Source: Felis catus
Lineage: Eukaryota
DNA: 64,000 bases
NCBI RefSeq assembly: GCF_018350175.1
Contig: NC_058373.1
Location: 116,438,001 to 116,502,000, forward strand
Direction: 5' to 3'
Shown here one piece after another: positions 1 to 13,189 of this stretch (position 1 is the stretch's first letter; each line of letters begins with the position of its first letter). The position numbers and the translations under genes were made by a program. A model generated the notes under the pieces. That model saw nothing but the letters and a program-made list of their open reading frames with translations, searched no databases and was not told the DNA's origin.

Positions 1-115
1 ATGGTGGTGATGGCTGCACAATAGTATGAATGTACATACTGCCTCTGAACTAAACACTTTAAAATGGTTATTTAAAGTGGTAAATTTTATGGTATGGGTA
101 TTTTACCATAATCTG
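1..115 (+). mobile_element. Old L1 (L1MB-like) 3' UTR fragment
   Basis: Matches the typical L1M terminal motif 'gatggctgcacaa..tgaatgtac..tgaact..acactttaaaatggtta..taaattttatg..ttttaccataat'. Confidence 0.75.
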
Positions 116-255
116 TTTTAAAAGAAATGTATCTTTCCAGAGGCGACTTTATGAGAATTTTTGACTTGGATAGCTTGTGATCTCTTTGGAAAGCCAGATA
201 GTTCTATACTTTGGGCTTCCCCACTAGTTAGTATGACTTTTAAAATGAATTTGTA

Positions 256-703
256 GGGGTGCCTGGGTGTCTCAGTCGGTTAAGCTTTCGACTCTTTATT
301 TCGGCTCAGGTCATGATCGCATGGTGCGTGAGATCAAATCCCATATTGGGGGGGCGCCTGGGTGGCTCAGTCGGTTAAGCGTCCGACTTCAGCTCAGGTC
401 ATGATCTCGCGGTCTGTGAGTTCAAGCCCCACGTCGGGCTCTGTGCTGACGGCTCAGAGCCTGGAGCCTGTTTCAGATTCTGTGTCTCCCTCTCTCTCTG
501 ACCCTCCCCCGTTCATGCTCTATCTCTCCCTGTCTCAAAAAATAAATAAAAGTTAAAAAAAAAAAAAAAATCCCATATTGGGTTCTGTGCTGACACAGCG
601 GAGCCTGCTTGGGATTCTCTTTCACCTGCTCCCTCTCTGCCCTTCCCCTGTTCTCATGTGCATACACTCTCCTTCTCTCTCTCTCAAAATAAATAAACTT
701 TAA
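256..703 (+). mobile_element. CAN-SINE (host copy, interrupted by a second SINE)
   Basis: ggggtgcctgggtg head, CT tract and aaataaa tail; TSD aaaatgaatttgta at 242-255 and 704-717. Confidence 0.92.
351..567 (+). mobile_element. CAN-SINE (SINEC_Fc type) nested in a SINE
   Basis: Full head-to-poly(A) copy; TSD aaatcccatattggg at 336-350 and 568-582. Confidence 0.95.
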
Positions 704-739
704 AAAATGAATTTGTAAGAGACGTAAGGAAAAATATTT

Positions 740-1045
740 CTACCCAAATTACGCAAGGCTCAGGGATTGATAAGCTATGGCTTCTCTTCCCCAAGGATTT
801 ACTATCTAGTAAATGAGAAAGACAGGTAAGCAATTAACTGCAGTCCACAGGGAAACGAAATAGTGGCCTGATGTAGAGACGCAGGCAGTGAATTCTGCCT
901 GGGTGCTTAGCGGGGCTTCCCAGAGAAAGAAATGCTTAAACCGGACCGTGCGGAACACTTAGGAGCTTACTAATAGAGAGGAAGGGGTGCACATTGGAAA
1001 GTGGAATCGAAATGGAGGGACAGGACCGGGACATGAGGAAAGCAG
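740..1045 (-). mobile_element. L2 fragment
   Basis: Degenerate L2 3'-region motifs ('aattctgcctggg..ggcttcccagagaaagaaatgcttaaaccgg'). Confidence 0.5.
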
Positions 1046-2643
1046 TCAAACCACAGGTGCCATCCCCCGAGGCCTCTGCCCAGTCATGGGGCATCCTGGC
1101 GCTCTGAACATGCCTGGCTGAACGCCTTCGAGAAGCCAAGCTCAGGCCTGCACGTGGCAGTGTTGTCTTTCCTGGGCAGATGACCCAGGAGGTGGGCTGA
1201 ACTCAGAAAGCAAAACGAGAACCAGCCACGTGTCAGGGCCGGAGTTGAGACCTCAGCCGGCTCGGTGGTGTGATTCTAGAGAAAGAGAGAGCACGCCGGG
1301 GCTTCCCGTGCAAACAGGGAAATGGCTCCCTGCATGTTGGTGCCTGATCGTGTGCAGCTGCCGGTTTTTCAGGCTGACCGCAAAAAAGAAGCCTTTTTCA
1401 TTCAATCCAAAATCTTATGTAATGTTTTGCTGGCATCGTGGACGCAGCCAATCTGAGGCACATGTCTTCCCCCAATACCCACATGCACGGACTTATCTGG
1501 GGACCATGGCGTGCAAATGCTGCATCACCTTGGCCGAGGTGGAGGGGAGACCAGAGCGTGCTTGTGAGCCGGAAGTCCGCTGTGGACGCTGTGTCAGTTA
1601 CTCTGAGTCGTGGGATGGGGGAGACGGGTTTAGGACAAGGAGGCAGAGGGCATGTGGGATTCTGTGTGATATACGAATGTGTGATCTTGGACCTGGAAGA
1701 GCTTCAAGGTCAACTCACTCACTAGCTTATTGTCAGTTGCTGAGGGTCACTCTTATCTCTCTGGCTGTTTCTGCTCTTTGAAGCCTCTACTATGTGCTGG
1801 TCGCTGCCTTCTGTTGGGCACTTCTATTCCAAGCAACTGCAGAGATGGCCCTCACTGCTCTTCTGTGTGCCCCCGGGCTCCCCTACGAGGCCCCTTAACA
1901 CCGCTCCCAGGGCCTTGACAGTGAGCATCCACAGCCATGTCTCATCAGGCCATGGCTGGGGCACGAAGCGTAGGGAACAGGTCAAGTGGAGAAGCGCAAG
2001 AATCCAGATCCAACCACCCCTTGGGGATGAGGCCCTGACACTCTCTTATCCACAAATCACAAAGACCTATCCTCCCTTACCTTCTTGGAAGCCTCCTTAA
2101 TTCCCCCAGGTGGGCCCGATGCACAAAGGGCTGGAAATTCCCTGCCTGGGGTCAGGACAGCCAGCTCTGGGAACACAAAGCCCTGGCTGTTTTCCCTGGA
2201 AGGGAAAGGGGAAAATGATCTTTTCATTGTTTTTCTTGATGGGTCAGAGTAGCAAAAAAAGATAAGCTACAATTAACTTCTCAATATCTCATCTTGTTGC
2301 ACATTAATGATCTCACTCGTCCCGGAACACCTGGAGACAGATAAGCTGGGCTCCTCAACTGATACCATGATGTCAGGGGAGCCGTTGGCCCTACTACCAG
2401 CAGCTTTATTTCCTTTAATTTAAATTCTGCTTTGCTCTTAGGACACACTCCCACCCCATCCTACCTCTCTGTCCGTACGTTCTCCTAGGTTTTCCTCTGC
2501 ATCCTCGGGCACAAAGCCCCAGAGAATCTGATCTGATTTTAGGGCAGAGTCAACGGTGACACAGCACGACCAAACCCTAGCAAAACAATGTCTAAGGGTT
2601 AAGAATCTGAGGTGTGAACCCTCTTTACTTCCATACAAATTTA

Positions 2644-2841
2644 TTTATTTTTTAACGTTTATTTATTTTTGAGACAGAGAGGGACAGAGCATGAACGGGG
2701 GAGGGTCAGAGAGAGGGAGACACAGAATCTGAAACAGGCTCCAGGCTCTGAGCCCCCGACCGGAGCTCGAACTCACGGACCGCGAAATCATGACCTGAGC
2801 CGAAGTCGGCCGCTTAACCGACTGAGCCACCCAGGCGCCCC
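2644..2841 (-). mobile_element. CAN-SINE
   Basis: Reverse-complement head 'gagccacccaggcgcccc'; TSD cttccatacaaattta at 2628-2643 and 2843-2858; small internal deletion. Confidence 0.95.
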
Positions 2842-4224
2842 TCTTCCATACAAATTTAAAACTACCTTTGTACTCAGAATCCTGACATGTCCGACCCCGA
2901 GGAGTAGTGTCATTTGGGACTAGCCAGCTGTCTCCAGGCCCAGGTCAAGAAACTATGAGATCAAATGGCCGGAACTAAGCAAAATGGACAAGGCCCTTCT
3001 CTCCTGGCCCTTGAAATGACTAAATGGCTCAGCGAAAACACTTTTTCTTTGTTTAGCAAAGGCCTTATTGGTTCCCTTTCTCTAGAGTATTCTTTAAGGA
3101 AGCTTCCAGCTTACTAGAACCTGTATGTTTGATTTTCCATCTTGACTGGTTGCTAGTGAAGCTGAAGCCAACCTTCCCTCTGACGTCCCTACTCAGGGAC
3201 TTTATAAGTTCTTTACGTTGGAAGATTTGCAGCATCGGGGCCTCTCCTCAGGCTTCCTTTTCTAGCCTCTCCTGACAATCTCTGAGCCTGAACACTTCAG
3301 TCTTGTGTCTGGAGCCTGGGATGTATGTCAACAGTTTTAAGGCTCCTTTTGCGCGTCAGCTGCTGCCCTCCTCATCTGCTTTCCCAGGTCTGGAAGCCAT
3401 GACCTTTACCCTCCGCCTGGGTGCAGCCCTCCAGGGAGTTGGAGGGCATGTCTCTGTGCCTGCCGCAGCCTCTGCGCATGGACAGATATAGCATCCAACA
3501 ATCTGATTTATGTTTTCCAGATTTATCGCATCACTCGCATACCCAGGCCGGCTGATATTTTAGGAGCGTGAATCAGGGTGTCTGGCGTGGCTTCCTCTGC
3601 AGCGGAGCTCGGGCTGCAGGCATAATGAAGTTGGGCGGGGGGTGGGGGGGGAGAACTCAACTTATCAGGGAGGAAATTTGTGTCAGTAACAAGTCTGCCT
3701 GGCAACAGCACTATGAAAGAGAGATGCTAGGCCCCAGCATCGGGGCCAGGATCTTCACGCGGGTGGAGAGCATCACACCGTGCAATTTTCCTCCTTGGCG
3801 AGCTGACTACACTCTTAAAAAAGAAAAAAAAAAAAAAAAAAGGAAAGTAAGTGTTCTTACAAGCATTCTCCCAAGGATATCCCCTCACCTGCCACCGAGC
3901 AGGGAGACTGCGATAAACTGAAATGTCACCAGGCTGTAGCTCTCCATGGATATGTCATGAATGAATAATATGGAGGGAGCTTGTGCAATGGAATGGGAGA
4001 TGCAAAGGCAAAGCTTTGAGGGGCAGAGCTAGTGGACCCCCCGTGACTCAGTAGGGGGCTCTGCTTGGGGAGCAGAGCTCACGATGAGGGAGACAAAAAG
4101 ACGTTCCTTTATTCTTTATTTTTTCCTAGTCTCTTAAGCATGTGCTGCTAAATATAGAGTTCCCCGTTTCTCAAGGAGTGTCATCAGAATGAGGGAGAAG
4201 GGATGACAAGGGCTGATCTGGACA

Positions 4225-4345
4225 TTCAGTCCCTTGGAGGTGCTTTAAAAGCAGCAGGGGTTGTTTCTTCTTTACCCTTGGACCCCAGCACCCAGAGCAG
4301 TGGTAGGCACGACGCAGAAGCCTAATACAGGTGTGTTCAACCGAA
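4225..4345 (+). mobile_element. L2 3' end
   Basis: 'ccccagcacccagagcagtggtaggcac..gcctaatacaggtgtgttcaaccgaac' resembles the L2 terminus. Confidence 0.55.
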
Positions 4346-5874
4346 CCTGGCTCCAGCTCTGTTTGTACTTGGAGTGCCCTTGAGTGTGTCACTCTACCCT
4401 TCCAGGGATCCTTTTTACCATTCACCAGTGATCCCTTCGAGGCCGTCCCAGGTCTGACGTTCTAGGATTCCAAGGTCAAAACTAGTTTTAAAATCCTAAG
4501 AAAGCAGGGAATTAAAATATTTCCATAAATGTTTATGTCTCAGATGCCTGATCCTCGGTCTCTCCATTAGTATCACAATGTGTGCATGTAAGTCTTCAGG
4601 CTTAAATGTTCCCATGAATACATCATCCAGTGGTATCTGGGATACATTTACATTTTTAGCATCAGTGTAATTCTGTTTGGTTTTATGCCACAGGAAGTTC
4701 AAGCCTGATTCAATTAAGGGGTTTCGTAAAATGAGTTTTTAAAAAGGAAAGACAATGCGTTGCACATGTGATACCATTGTACTTTGCATTGTTACCCAAT
4801 CAGGGATCTTGGGGGTGGCTCCAGCTTTGGTCCAAGAATCTGTTAGCAATCCATAAAGTTGAATATTTTACTATCTTATTTGGAAGCATGGAATTTAAGA
4901 GCTGGAACGGACCTTCAAGTAGGCAGGCATCTCCGACTAAAACAAGGGCAGGAAAGTTTTGGGTACATTTTTGCATACCGCTCGGCTCCCAATGCAGCTT
5001 TGTGGGCCTGAAAAACTGGTCAGAGAAAGCCCTGGTTGCTAAACCTGAGAATGAGGAGAAGGTCGGGAACATAAAATAGAATAGCGTCCGATCTGAGGGT
5101 GCTTTCCTTTTCAGCAAAATCAGCCATCCCAAGAGTTAAGATCCCACGTTTGAGAGAAGGAACAGGGGCAGCCGTGTGGGAGCACACAGAAAGAGGACCG
5201 TCCCAGGCAGCAGCTGCTTTTGCAAGAAGCACGCACCAAAGAGAAGCTGCCCTCTGTGGACGTAGAGCTGACGACAACTCAGCACCTTCGGGGGGAACTT
5301 TGAGCCAGTTCAGACAGAGAGACTGAGGACTCACGGCAGTGGAATCAGACCCCTGATGGGAGGAAGCAGACATGGCAGCAAAGGAACCCAGAAGAGAGAC
5401 TCAAACCAAAAAGGAGAAAAGCAAAACTCCTGAGATGCCCCAAAAGGGGTGTGAGATGAGAGGGACACAGGGACGCTTACGTAGGTCCCGCGAGGCAGTG
5501 TGGCTGCAGGGAGACCCCGAACCTTCACCCGTGGGAAGTCTAAGCCCCAACGGAGGAGGCTGTCCTCAAAGTGAAGCCTGAGGACAAAGGGAAGTTGTGT
5601 ACTGGCAGGAGAAAAAACAAGTCCAAAACCAGGAGAACTGAGAGCAGGGGAGGGTCAGGGCAGCAGATTGAGAACAAAGATTTTCTGGAGTTCTTTGTGA
5701 TGCTTGACCTAGGACTGGGGTGACCGTTTCAAGGCACCGTGTAGAGGTTTGGACGAAGATGGTGGAATAAGGGATCCAAACAGGATCAGAACAGAATCAT
5801 CTCCTTTAGACGGTGTCCTTGGGTACTAGAGGTGAATCGCAGAGCCACAGTCCGTATGTATCTGTCCCCATTGT

Positions 5875-6340
5875 ACCTTTGGCCGCAAGTAACAGGAGAC
5901 CCGGCAGAAAGGAACTTGAACCATAAGGGGTATTTATCATGTCCTAAAACAGGTCGTGAGGTGACACAGGGGAACACCAGGGTTCTTCCAGCCAGGGATC
6001 CCAGGCCTGTGGTGAGGACCCCTTTCCTCTCTCCTCTGCAGACTGACACCCCCTCAGGATGGCTCTCCTCATGACTTTGGCAGTTTTTAGGCATCCACGC
6101 AGATCCTAGTAGTCAAGACAGAAAAAAGACAAAGCCTTCACTTATGTAACTTCTTAAGAGCGAAGAATGCCTTCCCAGAAGTGCCTCTGACAACATCCCC
6201 TCACATCTTTCTAGGCACAGCTGTGTGACACCCATGCAATTGCCCACAGCAATCTTTTGGCGAGGGAAACCAGATAAACAGGCCGAGGCCTATAAGGATT
6301 CGTTCCGTGGGGCCCTCCCCTGAAGCACAAGGCCATCCGG
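5875..6340 (-). mobile_element. MaLR LTR (MLT1-like)
   Basis: 'gcaagtaacagga..cccagaagtgcc..cccctcacatc..ctgtgtgacacccatgc' typical of antisense MLT1J/K/L. Confidence 0.55.
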
Positions 6341-6396
6341 GCACAGGTGAACAGGACCGGGAGTCGTTTTTAAAAACTTAAAAAAAAAAAAAAAGA

Positions 6397-6620
6397 GGGC
6401 ACCTGGGTGGCTCCGGAGGTTAAGCATCTGACTCTTGATGTCAGCTCAGGTCACGATCTCACGGCTCATGGGTTCGAGCCCTGCATCAGGCTCTGCACGG
6501 ACAGCGTGGAGCCTGCTTGGGAGCCTGTCTCTCCCCCTCTCTGCCCCTCCCCTCTTGGAATCTCTCTCTCCCTCTCAAAAATAAATAAATAAAGTAAAAG
6601 GTTAAAATTAAAATTAAAAA
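6397..6620 (+). mobile_element. CAN-SINE
   Basis: gggcacctgggtggctc head, CT tract, aaataaataaataaa tail. Confidence 0.92.
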
Positions 6621-7687
6621 CAAAGAATTGGGAGCCAGCATGTGAAGGAGAAGGCCCGAGGATCCAGACTGCACGGGGAAGCAGTTGTCCCGGGTGCCAG
6701 CAATGGTACCGAAAGGGGCGTCCGCAAACCAGGCCTGCTAAGCCCCTCAACGGACTCTGTGCCTCAGGGACAGCAGTAACAGAGGAGTGACTGAGGACAG
6801 TGGAAGTGAAGTGACACGTCAGGGCTTCTCAGGGAGGAAGCGCTCAACCCTCCCCCCTGACTCAGCCCTATTTACCACCTCTGTTCTTTCCCGCTAACAT
6901 TTTACACCACCTCACTTAAGGCCCAATACTTTTTTGTCCAACTTTCTTGAGACATAATCGACATAGAACATTGGGAAACTTTAAGGTATAGACTGTGACG
7001 GTTTGATACACATATATTTTGCAAAACGATTACCCCAGCAGGTTAGTTAGTACATCTATTATCTCACATAATTATCTTTTCTATGTGCACACTGAGAACG
7101 CTGAAGATCTTCTCCCAGTAGATCTTAAATAGTTTCAAGCATGCAATACAACGTTGTTAGTCACCATGACTGACTTCGCATTCCCAGAACTTACGTCTCT
7201 TATAACTAGAAGTCTGTACCCTTTGATCAACCCCTCCCCCATTCCCCCACCCCCCCAGACCCTGGAGACACCATTCTACTCTCTGGTTTTATGAGTTTAC
7301 CTTGTGTTAATTCCACACGTCAGTAGGTTTATAAGCTGTTTCCGCGTCTTGGCTATTGTGAACAACACTGCAGTGAACATGGGGGTGCAGGTATCTCCTT
7401 GAGATAGTGATCTCACTCCTTCAGATATACATCCAGAAGTGGGATTCCTGCATCATAGAGTAGTTCCGTGTTTAGTCTTCTGAGGAGCCCTCGTACTGTT
7501 CCCCAGAGTGGCTGCGCCAATTTGCATTCCCACCAACAGGGCCCAAGAGTTCCTTTTCTCCACGTCCTCACCAACACTTGTTGCTTCTTTTCTTTTTGAT
7601 AATAGCCATTCAAACAGGTGTGAAGTGATACCTCACTGTGGTTCTGATTTGCATTTCCCTGATGATCAGTGATGTTGAGCATCTTTT

Positions 7688-7947
7688 TTTTTAATTTTTT
7701 TTGATAAATTGATAAAATAATTTGATAATTGATAAAAAAATAAATAAAAATTGTTTATTTTTGAAGGAGAGAGAGACAGAGCATGAAGGGGGAGGGGCAG
7801 AGAGAGAGGGAGACACAGAATCCGAAGCAGCCTCCAGGCTCTGAGCTGTCTGCACAGAGCCCGACACAGGGCTCGAACTCAAGAACCACGAGATCGTGAC
7901 CTGAGGCGAAGGCGGAGGCTTAACTGACTGAGCCACCCAGGCGTCCC
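7688..7947 (-). mobile_element. CAN-SINE inserted in L1
   Basis: TSD ttgagcatctttt at 7675-7687 and 7948-7960. Confidence 0.93.
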
Positions 7948-8266
7948 TTGAGCATCTTTTCATGTACCTGTGGGACATCTATATGTCTTCTTTGGAAAAA
8001 TATCTATTCAGTTCCTCTGCCAATTTTTTAATCAGATTATTCAGGGAGTTTTTTGCTACTGAGTTGACTGGGTTCCTTACATACTTGGACATTCACCCCT
8101 TATCTGATATATGGTTTCTAAATATTTTCTCCCATTTTGTAAGTTGCTTCTTCATTTTGCTGATGGTTCCCTTTGCTGTGCAGAAGGTTTTCAGTTGGAG
8201 GTAGTTCCACTTACATATTTTTGCTTTTGTTGCTTGTGCTTTTGGTGTCAAACCAAAAAAAAAAAA

Positions 8267-8267
<1 letters not shown>

Positions 8268-8346
<79 letters not shown>

Positions 8347-8356
8347 ATATATATAT
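8268..8356. repeat. (TA)n microsatellite with (TAGATA) interruptions
   Basis: Directly visible. Confidence 0.97.
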
Positions 8357-9207
8357 GCATGCTAAGACCAGCGTCAAAGAGTTTTTCTTTATGTTTTCTT
8401 CTAGAGGTTTTATAGTTTTAGGTCTTTAAGTCTTTAATGCATTTTAAGTTAATTTTGGGGAGTCGTGTAAGACAGGGATGCAGTTTGATGCTTTTGCACA
8501 TGGATTTTGCTTCCCCAGCACCACTATTGTAAAGATTAGCCTTTCCTCTATTGGATATTCCTGCTCCCTTGCCAAACATTAGTTGACTTACTATGCATGG
8601 GTTTATTTCTGGGTTCTTGATTCTAGTCTGTTGATCAATGTGTCTGATCGCATGCCAGTACTCTACAGTTTTGATTACCATAGCTTTGTAGTATAGTTTA
8701 AAATCAGGGAGTGTGATGCCTCCAGCTTTGTTCTTTCTCAAAATTGCTCTGGCTATTCAAGGTCTTTTAGGATTTTTTTTTTCTTTTTCTGTGAAAAAAA
8801 AGTGCCATTGGAATTTTGATAGGGATTGCACTGACTCTATAGGTGACTTTGGCAAGTGTGGACACTTTAACAATATTCTTCTAATCCATAAACATGCGAT
8901 TTCTTTCCATTAATTTGTATCTTCAATTTCTTTTACCAGTGTCTTATAGTTTTCAGTGTACAGATCTTTCACTTCCTTGGTTACATTTATTCCTAAGTAC
9001 GTGATTGTTTTTGAAGGTATTGTGAAATGGGGTTGTTTTCTTTATTTCTCCTTTAGATATTTCATTATTAATGCATGGAAATGCAACTGGTTTTTGTGGG
9101 TTAATTTTGTGTCCTGCAACTTTTGGTGTAATCTTTAAGGTTTTCTGTATGTAAGATCATGTCATCTGCAAAATGGATCATTTTACTCCTTCCTTTCTAA
9201 TTTGGAT

Positions 9208-9209
<2 letters not shown>

Positions 9210-9245
<36 letters not shown>
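9210..9245. repeat. (CT)n microsatellite
   Basis: Directly visible. Confidence 0.95.
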
Positions 9246-9248
<3 letters not shown>

Positions 9249-10949
9249 TCTCTGCTCTGGCTAGGACTTCCAGTACTATGTTGAACAGTGGTGAGAGTGG
9301 TCACCCTTGTCTTGTTCCTTATTTTCCTTTATGACTTACTTTCTTCTGATTTTAAAGAAAAAGCTCTTAGCTTTTCACAGTATGATGAGTGTGATGTTAG
9401 CTGTGGCATTTTTCATATACGGCCTTTAGAATGTTGAGGGATGTTACTTCTATACCTAATTTGTTGAAAGCTATTATCATGAGAGGGTGTTGACTTTTGT
9501 TAAATGTTTTTTCTGCATTGGGAAGATCATCATTTTTCTTGGGATCATATGATTTTTAACCTTCATTCTATTAATGTAGTATAAAATGTTTATTGATTTG
9601 TATATATTGAACCATCCTTGCATGCAAGGCATAAACCCCACTTGATCATGGTGTAAGATCCTGTTAATATGCTGTTGAATTTGGATTGCTAGAATTTTAT
9701 TGAGAATTTTTGCATCTATATTCATCAAGGATATTGATTTATAGTTTTCTTTTCACATCGTGTTCTTGTCTGGTTTTGATATCAGGGTAATGCTGGCCTT
9801 GTAAAATGAGTTTGGGAGCGTTTGCTCCTCTTCAGTTTTTTTGGAAGAGGTTGAGAAGGATTAACATTAATTCTTTAAATGTTTGGTAGAATTCACCAAA
9901 GAAACTATCTGACCCCAGGCTTTATTTTGTTGGGAGGTTTTGATTACTTCTTCAATATCCTTAGTCATCAGATTTTTCTATTGTTTCACGCAGTCATCGT
10001 AGGTTGTATGTTTCTAGGAATTTATTTCTCCTAGGCTATCCGATTTGTTGGTGTATAATTGTTCTTAGTAGCCTCTGTGGTCCTGATACCAGTTATAATG
10101 TTTCGTCTTTAATTAATAACTTTGTTTACTTGAGTCCTCTTTCTTCTTTTCTTGATTAGTCTAGTGAAAGGTTTGCCAACTTTGTCTTTTCAAAAAACCA
10201 ACTCTTACTGTCACCGATTTTTTTTTCTATTTCTACCCTGTTTTATGTCTGCTAATCTTTATGATTTCCTTCCTTCTGATAACTTCGGGCTCAGTTTGTT
10301 TTTCTTTTTCTAATTCCTTAAGATGTAAATTTAGGTTGTTTATTTGAGGGTTTTTTTTTTTTTAATGTGGGCATTTATTGCAATATCCTTCCCTCTTAGA
10401 ACTGTTTCTGCTGCATGGAATAAGTTTTGATACGTTTTGTTTTTATTTTCATTTGTCTTAAGGTACTGCCTGATTTCCCTTTATATTTCTTTTTTGACCC
10501 ATTGGTTGTTCAGGAATGTGTTGCTTAATTTCCACACATTTGTGAATTTTTCAGTTTTCCTCATATTATTGATTTCTAATTTCATACCATTGTGATTTAA
10601 AAAGACATTAGATATGATTTCAATTTTCTTAAATTTGTTAAGGCTTGCCTAGTGACCCAGCATATGATCTATCCATGTGCACTTGAGAAAGATGTGTATT
10701 CTGCTGCCGTTGGATAGAATGTTCTGTACATGTCTGTTGGTTCCATTTGGTCTGCATTGTTATTCAGGTCAAGGAAAACTTATTTTGCATGAAATTGGAA
10801 GATACATCTGATGGGGCAACAATGGGATGTGGCCACTTGGGGCAAACAGCATGGGATTCAGAATCAGAGAGACTTGGTTTTTATCCTTGACTCCATTTTC
10901 TAGTTGAGAGGCACTGGGTGGTTACTTAATGTCTGCAGATCTACCTCCA

Positions 10950-11235
10950 GCACCACAATATCTTTGGCATGTGAGTTCGTTCATGGGAGGCAGTGTTGTG
11001 AGGGATACCATGGCAATGAATGAGGCATTCTGTAAGTCCACAAAAACAGTATTGGCCTAGGGGCTGAGAACAAGGAGGCAGGAAAAACAAATGTCCCCAT
11101 TTTTCTCTTCTCTTACCCTTTGATCTCCACTACTATTCCCCACCTTGACCAAACCCAACAAAAAGCTGAAGGGACAAAGAAGGGAAAAGAATGGGTGGGG
11201 GAGGGACAGTATGCACATAGGAGAATATCCAGGAC
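10950..11235. mobile_element. ERVL-like internal/LTR remnant
   Basis: 'gggataccatggcaatgaatgaggcattctgtaagtccaca' resembles ERVL internal sequence; 'gaccaaacccaac..agaatatccaggaca' resembles an ERVL LTR end. Confidence 0.4.
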
Positions 11236-13000
11236 AGTTGTTGTATGTGCCTGATACATACTACCAGATGTATGGATATAAATGGATATTATTTGTATTA
11301 TTTCTTACTTTTCAGAATCCTAAAGTCAAATTTTCATAAAAAGAAAAGTCAAATTCCCCATATATAAGAAAACCAGACCATGCGCTGTAGACCACATCCC
11401 CTGGCTTTCCTCTTCCTCTTTTCTCTCATCCACAGACCAAAACACGCTAAAGGAAGATTAGTATCTACTGAAATTCAACTATTTGAGGAAAGTTGCGAGA
11501 AGCGTGTTTGGAATAGTCTTGTGATCGTCCTGCTCATGGAAATCCAATATGGGCCACCTTCTCAGACTGTCTTTATGTGTCAGACAAGTTCCTCTGCTCT
11601 AACTAAACCAACCTGTCAGTGTAGCCAAACACTTGGTAAACAAGTCTGACAGAAGCTGTGGCAATGACAACGTGGAAGGCCATCTATCTTCTGCTATGAT
11701 GACAGCATCAATAGTGTGTGCATCTTGAACAGTTTTTCCTAAAGTGATGATGATTCCAGATGACCATTTGATACAGCCACACTCTCTGCCCCATACTCAT
11801 CAATGGCCAGCAAGTGATGACAGGTCACTCTTCCATTCTAAACTCAAGAGCCAAACTTCTGTAGTCAATGCAAATTTCTCCTAGCTCAGAGATGAGTCAG
11901 TGTGCAAGAGTAAATGGATTACACATGGGATCTGATGAGTGTAGACATTTACATGCACACCCCTCTCCTACCTCCTGTTCTCACTCTTTCTCCTTTCTCC
12001 TTTTCTCCCCATGGTCTCAGATTTTTGCCTTCCTCACCTTCTTCTTATCATAGAGCCATTACTTTGTGGTCCCCACCTGTGGATCCAGGTAAACTGAATT
12101 AGCACATCCAACCAGACATCCCAACCTTTGAGGAGTGGAGCACATCTCCTGACCCCAGAAGAGAACCAAGTTAGTTTCTAAAGCAGATCAGTTTTCCTCC
12201 TTGACACAGTAACTGATATAGCTTCCAATTTTGATTACTTTAAGACCTTGGGTGTTGGTTCTTGGTTGTTTATTCCACAAATTACATTCTTATGGTGGCT
12301 TGACTTACCAACAGATATGCCAGATACTGACCAAATAGATACCAGATACTGTTCCCTCAGGAACTAATGTTTGAATCCCTCCCATGTCTACTCCTTACCC
12401 AACCGCTGAATGAGCCAGAAAGTATAGAAAGTATTTTTAACTGGATTCCTGTTTTGATAAGATTTTATGTGTTGCCTTTAAAATAAAATGAACACATAAA
12501 GGGATTCCTGTCCTCCTGCTCCTCCAACTTGTAGCAAAAGGAAAAAAAGGGAAGCACATCGTGAAAAGAAAGACAGGGAAAGAAGGTATTCTCTCAACAA
12601 TAAGAAATATCTCAGCAACTACAACTTAACGTAGAAATTTATGGATAATTCCAAAGAGGGAAAATTTTAGTACAAAGTATGTGTCTTCTAAAAGCAGCCT
12701 TTGTCTTTATGTAATGGATATGCAGAACTTTTTGTCATCTGTGCCTAGAGCTATTTGCTTCAATTATCTTGGTGGATTTCAATTCTACCTCCTCTTTTCT
12801 TGAAAGAGTGAACATTGTTTATTAAAAAAGGAGATCCAGTTCCCTTCTAAAGTATCAGGTGCCTATAATGTCACAGAAGAAAAGTGTCTATAAACAGCCT
12901 CCTCTGCCGGAGTGGGTGTAAGATCCTTGCTCAGATAAGATTATTAGATCTTAGCATCACATCTGAAGGAGGTATAAGCTTGAATGTTACACCCTTAGAG

Positions 13001-13189
13001 CAGTGTTTCCTAACCCAATTTGCACATTGGCATCACTGGGGGATTGGTTTGGTAGTATATACATACACACTTATTTCCTGAGCCTCATCCTGGAGAATAT
13101 GATTTAATTGGTCTAAGGTAGGGCCAGACATCGGTAGGTTTTAAATGCTCCTTAGTGGTTCTAATGTGCATCCAGGTTGAGAATCACTG
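13001..13189. mobile_element. MER5-like hAT-Charlie non-autonomous DNA transposon
   Basis: Imperfect TIRs cagtgtttcctaacc / ggttgagaatcactg; 8-bp TSD ccttagag (12993-13000) / ccttatag (13190-13197). Confidence 0.85.

Larger units (their letters stand above)
6928..10770 (-). mobile_element. 5'-truncated old L1 (L1MA9/L1_Carn-like), degenerate ORF2 plus 3' UTR
   Basis: ORF2-like peptides: 7413-7682, 8418-8741 ([16 protein letters not shown]), 9477-9728 ([18 protein letters not shown]); extends into the endonuclease region near 10770. Confidence 0.92.

Noticed and set aside
351..430. tRNA genes
   Set aside because: The A/B-box tRNA-like heads belong to tRNA-derived SINEs with CT tract, tail and TSD
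362..556. Recurrent 'MAQSVKRPTSAQVMIS..' ORFs read as a gene family
   Set aside because: These are translations of CAN-SINE copies
1230..1781. 183-aa ORF
   Set aside because: Starts at GTG, has no recognisable domain, and its composition is typical of random GC-rich frames
5246..5262. CTCF-like motif gctgccctctgtggac
   Set aside because: Mismatches in the core; too weak without ChIP data
8093..8415. YI-repeat ORFs here and RKEG-repeat ORFs at 30795-31129
   Set aside because: Microsatellite translations
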